NCBI GenBank assembly: GCA_018398765.1
Contig: JAHBMJ010000210.1
Span: 1-53,943 of the forward strand
Direction: 5' to 3'
DNA from: Chromera velia
Lineage: Eukaryota
DNA length: 53,943 nt
Below the pieces are notes generated by a model. The model had not been told where the DNA came from and searched no databases. It saw only the letters and a program-made list of their open reading frames with translations. The first letter of the stretch is position 1. The number at the start of each line of letters is the position of its first letter. Below, piece after piece: positions 11,826-21,869 of the stretch. The position numbers and the translations under genes were made by a program.

Positions 11826-11954
11826 CTACGGAAGGGATCCCTACACTCACGTCCACGGCAAGGATCTCTCTGCTTACGTCTATGGCAAGGATTTCTCTGC
11901 GTGCGTCTACGGCAAGGATCTCTATGTCTACATCTACGGCATGGATCTCTGTGC
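11826..11954. repeat. 27-bp minisatellite, ~5 copies (core ctacggcaaggatctct)
   Basis: Units start at 11826, 11853, 11880, 11907 and 11934. Confidence 0.9.
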
Positions 11955-12720
11955 ATCTTCCCTACCTCGTCACCATCTTCTTTTTCCTTCAGGTGGGCAC
12001 TTTCAAAAAAAATTGATCAGAACGGTCTTTCTTTCTCTCTCTTCTCGCATTTCCTGTCACGTTGTCCTCGTCTCCTTTCTCTTTCTTTTCACAGTTCTTG
12101 TCACGCTATTCTCGTCTCTTCCTGAGTTTAATCTGTCTCATTCTTTCTCTTCTCCTTCAGTTGCCTTTTTTCGAGTACATGAGTGTATCGCCCCTTTCTA
12201 TGCTCTAACTTAGGCTCACTGGTCATTCATTTACTCGCTTTCTTTCTCTTTCTGTTTCTCTCTGATGCTTGTCTATTTGCAGGGCTCTCCGAGGTGGTGT
12301 AACTCGAGGTTCATTGTCAAGTTGTTCGTCGACGTTTCTTTCTCGAGTCTCGCCATTCTCTGCCATCTCTATCCGTCTCCTGCTGTCTCTTGTCTTTTTG
12401 TGTCTTTGTTTCTTTTGCGTTGAAAGGAGTGGGTGGTTGATTGGGTAAGTGAAGAGTGAGGGGTAATTGGGTGAGTGAGTAGATGCGGGTGAGTGAAGAA
12501 GGTTCTCATAGACTGGTTAGTGGGTGAATACGTATGGGTGTGGTCGTTAGATCGTGGCACACTCAGCCTTCTGCTGAGTGCTCATACTATTCACACCCTT
12601 TCAGATGCAAAGAGTAAATGCACCGCCGAAGTGCCAACCACTTGTGAGTTTAGAGAATTTGCTTGTGTCTGTATGAATATTTTTTTTTTTATAAGCCTGG
12701 GCGCGAGGCTTGGTTCGGTA

Positions 12721-12788
<68 letters not shown>

Positions 12789-12791
12789 CAG

Positions 12792-12836
12792 GTCGATGAG
12801 ATGATGTACTGGGGAGCGGGGGCCCAGTACGAGCGA
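12792..12836 (+). pseudogene. 5' half of an antisense exon (VDEMMYWGAGAQYER) split by the LINE
   Basis: Follows a (GT)n-gtgcag acceptor of the same style as the SET gene intron; joins in frame to 21224-21280 across TSD AGCGA. Confidence 0.65.
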
Positions 12837-13060
12837 TTGAGCGGCAACCTTACCTCTCCCTGGGAGATTCTGGTGGTGTGAGTGGCCAACTCACCCCCTG
12901 GGGGACCTTTTATAGACACTAGTAAAGATAAACGTCCGAAACCGTCCGAAACTTGCTGTGAAGGAGTGTTTTTCAGTCTTTTCCGTCAAGAGCCGAGATT
13001 AAAAGATGCCGGAACAGCTGAGTTTGGTGTGAAACGCTTTCCCGTCTCCTTTGACCAAAA

Positions 13061-15562
13061 ATGTTCCCTCTTGGTGATGCTCACGGAGGGAGAATCCCGC
13101 CTCTTAGCCAGATCCTACAGACCGTACAGCAGAACACGGACAGCCTGAAAACTTATATCAGTGCCCACCATGAGATAGCTTGTCGCAGCATCCAGCAGCA
13201 TGATGCTTAGCTTGCGATGTTTGCCGAAGCCGCCAAGCTCCAGTCAAGAGGGCTGGAACAATTCGTGGCTTCACAAGAAAAAGCCGACCTTCACATCAGG
13301 GAAATTGTTGGGCTTGACTTGAAGGCCCTGGCCAGGGAGAAGCAGGCTGAGCTGGGGGAGGAGGAAATGGAAAGAACAGAGCCGATGCTATGAAATTATG
13401 TTCATGCCCTTACCGATTTCATGGAAACAGTTGGGGGAAGGGAGACTCAGTCTCAGAATGGTGAACTTAATGTGGCTGCCAGTGTGGCCACCATTAAAAA
13501 AGCAGAGGTCAAGCCCAGAGTCTGGAGAGGGGGGCGGGAACTCCCCCCTCTGACCATTATCACCTTCTCGGACGAGCGGTCTGCGAAAGATTTTGACACC
13601 GTGTTTGGTCCATCACGCACAGTGAAATTCCAAGAGGTCGACTGTAGGATTCGTCTGAGGAAAACACGACCTCAGGCCCGCAGAAATGACTTCGAGTGGG
13701 CGTTCGAGTCGGGCGTGCGCAGCCAGAACGCTGACATGCAGGCCCACGCCCAGGGAATTCTGAGCAGAGACGATCTGATCACAAACGTGCTGCATGCATC
13801 GCGGATGTACTGCGGTATCGCGCGAATGAGAGAGAACTTCCCTCTGCCCGCTCTCAACTTTGCAACACAACAACACCACAACACCACACAGCAGTATCCA
13901 CTGTTACCCCACCAGAACTCCGTCTCCCCTATTGCCCAGAATGCCTCACACGTGCTGTCTTCTCGTCCCGTCTCCGGAGTTCAGCCTTCGCAGGCCCCAG
14001 TCATTCCATCTGGTCTGCCGCAGCAGCATGCCCAGCCACAAGCAGCTCCGCCCGGATCGCCTGCACAGCACGCACCCAAGGGAATTTCGTTATCCCCCCC
14101 TCGTACAACTGATATAGCTGCTGCTGCTATGCCCCTCGAGGCTCTTGTTTCTCCAGACGAGGGAGGACCCTCCACCCCCAGGACAGATGGGGGTAAGAAC
14201 AGAAAAAGAATGATGTCGGGTCGAGAGACCAGGTCGCCGGGGCAGGGGGGCGAGAGGATGGGAAGGAAAATTCTGGAGGAGGAGGATGCGGTGCGCATGA
14301 GGGGTCGGATGCTCTACAGAACCTTTCAGGCAGCGGGCGAAGGGTTTCTGGGGTTTCGCGAGACACCCGTCGGTCTCCCCCCTCGAGGTCCGAGGGGGGG
14401 GGGNNNNNNNNNNGGGGGGGGGGGGGGGAGCATGGCCGATGGTCCCTCCTCACGGGAGCGCCCACGGAGGGGCGCAGAGGCTACGTCCTGGGGGGGAAAT
14501 GGGGGAACACAGGGGGAGGGACTGGGGGCAGTAGGGGGTTCCAGCGAGAAGATGGGGCGACTCTTGGTAAATGATGACCGCTTGTTAACAGTAAGCCCTC
14601 CTGACTCATCTTCCGTTTCTCTTTCTTTTCTTTCTCCCTCTTCTTCTTCTTCTTCTTCTTCTTCTTCTTTTTCCTTGCCTTTCCTCCCTGTTGATGAGGC
14701 ATTGCTTTTGTTCGAATGCACACATTTTGATGAGCCTTTTCTAGTGCCTGCGACAACTTGCCCTCCCCGTTTTCTAAGACCCACTCTTCATCCTCTGTCA
14801 GAAACTGGCTCTACTGTTTCCTCGGGTAGTAACCGTTTTGCATGCCTAACGGATGATTCTTTATCTGAAAGCAGTCCCCCCTTTTTGTCGCATCCTGCTC
14901 GACCTGTTGACGTTCCTTCGCAGCTCTTGGACCTAGACAGTAGAGATAGACAGCAAAGTTGCACCTCCAGTGCGCCAATGGAAGAGTTAGTGAGGCTTGC
15001 TTTATACCGGGAAGAGAAAAGAAAAGGAACACAAGAATGGCAAGGAAAGGAGACAGCAGAGTGCGCGGCTGGAGGCAGAAAAGAAGGAGAAAGGTGTAGG
15101 GGACTGAGAATAGAGATCGAGTCCTCACATAGCATGAAGACAGACAGAGGCAGACAGACGGTGTACAGTGATAGGGAATGGAGAAACAGAGAGGCAAAGG
15201 AGAATAGAGAGAGGGTAAAGGAAGAGATATCACTAGAGAGGTGCAAGACACGTAACAAGAGAGAGACAGCGTCTGACAGGGAGATTCAGTCAGGATCAAA
15301 TAGGAAGGATAGAAAGGGCAGGAAAGGCAGTGAGAACACAGGTCCATTTTGCTTTCAGAGAGGGCCGGCGGACGCCAATACTGTTGACTCTCCTCTGGGT
15401 TTTTCCATCATCCCCCCAATTAGAGTGTATGGAGACGGAGAGAGCAGGCCTGGGGGGGGTATGAATGTCAAAACCCAAAGGAAGCGGACAAACAGGAATG
15501 ACGGCAAGAGAAGAAGAGACAGAGGGGGTCAGAGAGAGGAAAAGAGGGATGACGAAGGATAA
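13061..15562 (+). pseudogene. LINE ORF1 (helical region + L1-ORF1-like RRM + long disordered tail)
   Basis: In-frame ATG at 13061 (MFPLGDAH) with stops TAG 13208 and TGA 13391. KADLHIREIVGL and PPLTIITFSDE...CRIRLRKTRPQARR resemble L1 ORF1 RRM/CTD motifs. Frame across the N gap at 14404-14413 is uncertain. Confidence 0.65.
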
Positions 15563-15791
15563 AGCGGTGAAGGTGAGGAGAAAAACNNNNNNNNNNNNNN
15601 NNNNNNNNNNNNNNNNNNNNNNNNNNNNNNNNNNNNNNNNNNNNNNNNNNNNNNNNNNNNNNNNNNNNNNNNNNNNNNNNNNNNNNNNNNNNNNNNNNNN
15701 NNNNNNNNNNNNNNNNNNNNNNNNNNNNNNNNNNNNNNNNNNNNNNNNNNNNNNNNNNNNNNNNNNNNGGGGGGGGGGGGGGGATGGCAAC

Positions 15792-16805
15792 ATGACATGT
15801 AGGTGTCTTTGTTTAGCCAGACCAGGGAGAACAGGGTGCAGTAGGGGTTGCCCCTGTGTAGCTGCTCAAAGGGCTTGCATCGAATGCATACCTAGCCAGT
15901 GTGGGGGATGCAGAAATCCATGGAATCGTCTCTCTTCATCTTTTTCTTCTTCTTCTTTTTCTTCTTCTTCTTCTTCTTCTTCTTCTTCTTCTTCTCCTTC
16001 ACCCTTCTCTTCTCCCTCTCCTACAAATAGGCAGATAGACAGACAGCCAGAAGAACCAGAGAGAAACAGACAAAGAGGAAAACCTCTAAGACAGGCGGAT
16101 AGACAGACCGACAGACAGCCAGTGGAACTAGAAAGAAACAGACGTGGAAAAAGACTCTTAGGACAGGCAGGCAGACAGACTAACAGGCAGCCTATAGACC
16201 CAAGAAGGAGGAGACGAAGAGGCAGACCTCCAAGGCAGGTAGATAGACAGACAAACATACAGCAAGCAGAAATAGAAAGAGAGGAAAGCAATAGGAAGCC
16301 ACCTAAACAGACAGCCAGACAGACAGAAAGTGAAGAGGAAGATGCATATATGTATGGTCATGTTTCCTCTATCTCTGTCTTTCGTCTTCCCATCTGTGAT
16401 GTATGTGGGGGAGTACTGGGAGTGGGGGGGTGTGGGGGTTTCTTTTGTAAAGAAGAGAAGACAGAAGAGGAGAGCAGTGCCACTGACGAGGCGGAAAGCG
16501 AGGCTCCCCCCCTCATGACTCGCATTGTGGAAATTGTGTCTGTCAGGGGAGGAAATGGAAGAAAGAGAGAATACGAAATCAGACGGGAAGAATGGGAAAG
16601 GATTGCACGGGTCTCGGCCTCACTTATGCCTCAATCGATGAGAGCCGCTTTCTGGGCTGGCAGAAGACGAAAGCCGATCACTGGCCTTAAAAAGGCACCT
16701 CACCCTACCCCTTTATCATGTCAGTCTTCTTTTCCCTCCTCCTCTTCCTCCTCCTCTTCTTCTTCTTCTTCTTCCTCTTCTTTTTCTTCTTCTTCTTCTT
16801 TTTCT

Positions 16806-16838
<33 letters not shown>

Positions 16839-19800
16839 TCATCTTCCTCTTTCCGCCCCTTTGCTTTCACGTCACTTCCAGACTGGGTTCTCAAACCGTC
16901 TCCTCCTTCTATTTTCTCCAAGAATGAACCTTTTCCCTCTTCTTCTTTCTCTTCTTCTTCTTCATCTTCTTCCTCTACAACCGGTATGCGAAACGTGACA
17001 GTGAATGGAAGAAGGCTGTCCATTGCCACGCTGAATGTCGGGGGTCTTGATTCTCGTCTCGGGAATGAATCGCTTGACCGGTGGTTGGAAGGGATCAATG
17101 TTGCAATCCTGACTGAAACGAAGTACACAACTACTTCAATCAACACACCCACCCATACAGGAAAAAACTTCAGTCATCAAGAATGGTACAGAAGAAAGCT
17201 GGGGGTACACAAAAGAGCAAAGGACAGGGAAGTAAAAACAGGGGGGGTATGTATCCTTGTCCGATCATGCTTGGTCGCTAGTTTGAAGCCTTTTTGGGAG
17301 TTGGTGGGGCCCAGTATGGTCAAACTGATACTTAGGAGCTGCTTGCCGGCCCAGGAAGGGGGAGAGGCGAATGCATCTCTGCACATTTTTGGTGTCTATC
17401 TCCTCCAATCGGGGGTAGAGAAGAGACTAAAAAACAATGAACCGAAAGAGGTAGAGAGAGAGATGCTTCTCAACATAGTCTGTGATGTTCCGCTATGCGA
17501 CCTTCACATTATGGCAGGAGACTTCAATTGCCACATAGGAAAGGAGGTCCCTAAAGGAATTTCATGGGAAAGGGAACAGATCGGGGGGGCGGGTGACTTA
17601 TAAGAGATCTTGGGGGGCAAGGGGGAAGAAGCAATCGAGGGACTGTCTCGCCGCTCTGACTGTCGTTCAATCGTAAACGAACCAGGAAGAGCTGCCATTT
17701 ACTTTTGTGAGAAAGCAAACCTCCTTCTCTTGAATGGCCTGTCTTGGAAAGATGAAAAGAAAGGGATTGAAGTCGACTTCACAGGGGCTTGCACTTATTA
17801 TGAAGGGGGTGCCCCAGCTACGGTCATTGATTTATTTTTGGTTGATCCTCCTCTTCTTGGTTTATGGAATTCTTTTAGGGTTGAGCTACAGCCTGACGCA
17901 GCCCCCAAACATGCGGCCGTTTCTCTATCTCTCAACCTCTCATCTCCGCTAAAACCGAATGATAACTCGCCGCCTTACCCTTCGTTTGTCCCATCCCCTT
18001 CTTTCACGAAGCCAGGAAGGCAAACGCCGGTCACCAATGATGAGATGATGCCTCTGGCAACTTCGGTAAAAGATTTAGCAGGGAAGCTTTGGCCTGGATT
18101 ATGGGACACCGGGATTCAGGAATCGAAAAAAGAAGGCAAGCCTATTCTATCCATACCTTCGCCTCCTCCTCCTCCCCTCTTCCCCCCTCCCCTTGTGTCC
18201 GTCCCTTCTTTCTACCCCGATACTCAGATACCACCTTCTGCCTTTCCGTCTTCCACTTGTTCTATCTCTGTGCCACTGAGAAGCCAAATAGCCAGACTCA
18301 TCCAACAGTGGGAGCATGTACTCGCACAACCCAAGGAGAGAAAACGAAAGCCAACTCATCGGAGGAAAAGTGAAAAGAAGGAAAAGGCTGTCGCACCTTG
18401 GAGAGATCAAGAATGCAGGGAGATTCAGAAGAGAGTTAGATCCGCAGAAAGGGAATGGAAGGAAGAAAGGGAACTCTGGGGGGATGAAGACGAGCGGTGC
18501 ATCACAGCAAAGAGAAAGATGAACAGGTTAAATAGAGAGAGAGGGAAGTTGATAGCAAGAAAAAAGAGAAAGTATGCCATTCTTCAGGCAGAAAGACTCA
18601 CGAAAGAAGCTGCTAAGGACCCAGCAGCCCTATAGAAATGGAGGAGGGAGAAAAAAAAGGCAGAGAGTAGGAGTGAGGGAGAAAAGCCATCCGCCTTTTC
18701 GTTTTCAAATTTTTGGGCCGATGTGTTCAGTGGGGACGGACTGGAGCCTCAAAAGAAGGATGAAACACCAGCTTCCCCCCCGGCACCTTTCTTCTCTTTC
18801 GATAAATATGAGAAGATACTGAAGGCAATCGACCTAAAGAAGGCAGCCGGCCTCGAAGGAATCTCCCCTGCACAGGTACATTTATGTTTTTCCTCTTCTC
18901 GTCTATCTTGTTTTCTTTTTTTCATTTTCTTCAACCTTTTTTTCCTTTTTTCTTTCTGGCCAGAAAAGTGGAACTTCATTCGAATCGCTCCTGTTCCAAA
19001 AGGTTACGTCTCTCCCTCTTGTGACCAATGGAGGCCCATACACATCGTCTGCCTTCTGGCAAAGTTGTTCGCGTTGTTGATGGATGGCCGGTTAAGGGAG
19101 ATAACGAATATAGATGAACGACAAGTGGGTTTCAGGAAGGGGGTCAGTACAAGGGAAGCGATAGCTGCTCTTCATGCTCTCATGGCTTCAGCAAAGAAGA
19201 AACACAGACCCCTCCTTGCAGCGTTTGTTGACTTCAGCAAGGCATTTGACCAAGTACCCAGAAAGAAAATGATTGACAGACTTAGAGAGGAAGGAGTCAG
19301 CAAGAAGGACGTGTGCATGATTCATTCCATGTATATAAATGTGTGAGGAAGGGTGAATGGGTCGGATTGGGTCTTTCTCGAAAGTGCAGGGGTAAAACAG
19401 GGAGATCCACTTTCTCCTTTTCTTTTTCTTTTGTTTATTAATAATATTCATTCTGCTCTGAGTGTTGAAGGGAGGGAAGCTGTTAACGGCTTGGATGGAG
19501 AATCAGATACGGATGAAAGACAGAGGGGGGGAGAATGCGGAGAGAGGAGGGAGGAAAGTGAAACAAGAGAGCAGCGACCCCGTATCCCTGAGGAGGTAAG
19601 ATTGGCGGACTTACTGCTTGAGAGCATAGGTTACGCAGACGATTTTGTTATTTTTGCTCATTCTTCTTCTGACCTGCAGTGGCATTTGGACCATTTGGCC
19701 TTTTATTGTCAGGAACATGGGTTGAAAGTGAATTTAAAGAAAACAAAAGTTCTCGCACTCTCAGGCTCAAGAAGGGAAATAGAAGGGGAAGTGACTTTTG

Positions 19801-20979
19801 AAAGGAAGACAGTTGAATGTGTAGAGAGCTATAAATACCTTGGGTGTCGTGTGTTTGAGGGAGGGGACCCACGAAAGTCAGTCAGGGACCGACTTGAAAG
19901 TGCTGAACGCTGTTTGGGGGCAGTGATGGGCACTTGTTCATCCTTAGGTCCTTTGCCCCCCCGATGCAAAGTTCGTTTACTGCAGGCGCTCTGGGAGCCG
20001 GTGGCAACGTACTCGCTGGAAGCCTTGCCGGTAAGTCAGAGAGATATCGTTGCACTTGATGCATTGCAGCTTCGATTTGTGCGCTGGACATTCCGTTTGC
20101 CCTATAACTCTTTCAAGGTACCAACTTTGGTTTCGGTTGGGGTGCGTCCCATGAGAGAGATCCTTTCTTGTCGGTTGGGAGGTTTCATAGAAAGCATAAA
20201 GAGAACAGAAAGGGAGGTTCCTCGGGCAGTCTGGGATGCATGGCATAGATCGCTGACCCCGGTGTGGGCCAATTCAGCCAGTAGCATGCTTCAGACAATC
20301 GCACCAGATCTTTTGAGAAAAGAAAGCCAGAGAAGGAGAAATAGAACGAATAAATGGACACTCAGGCAGAAAGAGAGGGAAAGGGAAGCCTCAGAATGGT
20401 TGTCGGAATGGTTGACTTCAAGACCCATCGGCAAGCATAGGCTCACCCGTTCATGTGGTATCTATCCATGCAACTCCCGACTGAGTAATTTTCAGATAGA
20501 AAACCGATCGCACCAGCGTCTGGCCATGTTGCTTTTAGGGGGGAGGGTTAGAAGGGGGTGGGGTTACACAGTTCAATTGCGTACTCTGCCTCGCTCTCTC
20601 TTGTCTGGTGGTTCTCTTTTCACTTCTCTCCTTTAAGTATATGCTGGTGGGGGAAAGAGACACGGTGGATCCTGCAAAGAACACTATATTCACTGTCCTG
20701 CAGTCGAAGGTAAAAAGGTGATCGACGATGCGGTGCATCGATTGTCTGCGTGCTGCGTGCGTGCGAACAGAGCAGCTTAGATCCAAACTTCATTCGCTGG
20801 CAGGGAGAGTGAAAGAGAGAACAGGAATCGGTGAAAGGGTCTATAGAGCAAGATGGACTGCTGCAGCTGGGGGAAGAGGTATCGGGGAAGAAGAGACATA
20901 TGTAAGAGAGCTCGTTTCATTCATTGTGGACCGGGAGCCAAAGAAGGCAAGTGCACTGATCGAAGCTTGTCTGAAATGA
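15792..20979 (+). pseudogene. LINE ORF2: CXC-like and chromo-like N-terminus, AP endonuclease, reverse transcriptase, C-terminal Cys/His remnant
   Basis: APE motifs ATLNVGGL, ILTETK, AGDFNCH, IDLFLV. RT motifs WRPIHIVCLLAKLF, QVGFRKG, FVDFSKAFD, GVKQGDPLSPFLF, YADD, YKYLG. One frame with stops at 17601, 18633, 19344, 20634; frameshifted EHYIHCP near 20680-20700. True start may lie in the N gap 15587-15768. Confidence 0.93.
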
Positions 20980-21035
20980 GTACACGCGCGTCAAGTGCAC
21001 TGATCAAAGCTTGTCTGAAATGAGTGCACGCGCGT
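20948..21035. repeat. 44-bp tandem duplication at the LINE ORF2 end / 3' UTR
   Basis: caagtgcactgatc(g/a)aagcttgtctgaaatgagt(a/g)cacgcgcgt x2; two differences, both G/A. Confidence 0.95.
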
Positions 21036-21223
21036 CTTGTATGGTTGTTCAGCTTTTAGCTTTAGCCTAGGCTGCGGAGGGTCGTGGTTGTTCATATTCA
21101 TACAGAAGCAGGCTAAGCTGTGGCGGTTTGCTCCTTTTATTTACAACTGCATGCATGGGTTGCCATTTGTCTCTGGTTTCAGACACTCTAGGCTTAACCA
21201 CAATTAAGTAAGTAAGTAAGCGA

Positions 21224-21280
21224 CTTCTCGCCGTGAAGGCGTCAGGATCGGAGGCTGTGAGTTATGTGTGCGCCTGGCAG
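21224..21280 (+). pseudogene. 3' half of the antisense exon (LLAVKASGSEAVSYVCAWQ)
   Basis: Ends at a CAG|gtcagt donor followed by an (ATGG)n intron-type microsatellite; alternative donor gtgagt at 21257. Confidence 0.65.
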
Positions 21281-21869
21281 GTCAGTGTTATCTGCCTTTA
21301 TTCATCAGTCACCGATCGGTACGCGGTGCTGCTCCAGGGAGGGTTCGTGTGTATAGGTGCATGCGTGGATGAATGGGTGATCGGATGGATGGATGGATGG
21401 ATGGATAGATGGATGGATGGATAGATGGGTGGATGGATGGATGGATGGATGGATGAATAGTTGATTTGAATGATGGATCGTTGTCGGTTTGAGGTTTTCT
21501 ACGCCTAATTTCTCTTTTGAGATGACTTGATATTTATGTAGTTTAACTGCTTTTTGAGTTTTTGGATTTGCTTCATTTTGATTCAATCGATCAATTTTTT
21601 TTTTTGAGGTCTGGCAAGGAGTTATGGCAGAGAGGCATTTGGCGGAGCTCTGTGTTCGGTCTTTCTTTATTGATTAATTTCATTAGTCACTCAATCGATC
21701 CTATCGTTAGCGGCAGCATGCTTTGGGTCCGTTCCATTTCGACTTGAGGTATTACTCCATCCATCATGGATTCATGTAAACATTCACTTCATTCATATAT
21801 GGATCATGCAGACATTCATTTCCTTCATCATTCATATGATCATAAATTGTTCTCGGTCCGGCTTCCTTC

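Larger units (their letters stand above)
12837..21218 (+). mobile_element. Apparently full-length non-LTR retrotransposon (LINE, APE+RT type), nested antisense in the gypsy element, inactivated
   Basis: ORF1 and ORF2 with endonuclease and RT motifs; (TAAG)4 tail at 21205-21220; 5-bp TSD AGCGA (12832-12836, 21219-21223). Confidence 0.93.

Noticed and set aside
11826..11954. CRISPR-like array (also 29480-29686 and 51116-51323)
   Set aside because: Units are contiguous or have near-identical spacers, the context is eukaryotic, and there are no cas genes.
12837..12930. HDV-like or hammerhead ribozyme at the LINE 5' end
   Set aside because: Short hairpins exist (gtgagt/actcac, tctccc/gggaga), but I could not build the nested pseudoknot or find a CUGAUGA/GAAA core.
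15465..15791. ORF1/ORF2 overlap implied by the ORF track
   Set aside because: Depends on reading through an N gap of estimated length (15587-15768); frame continuity is unknowable.
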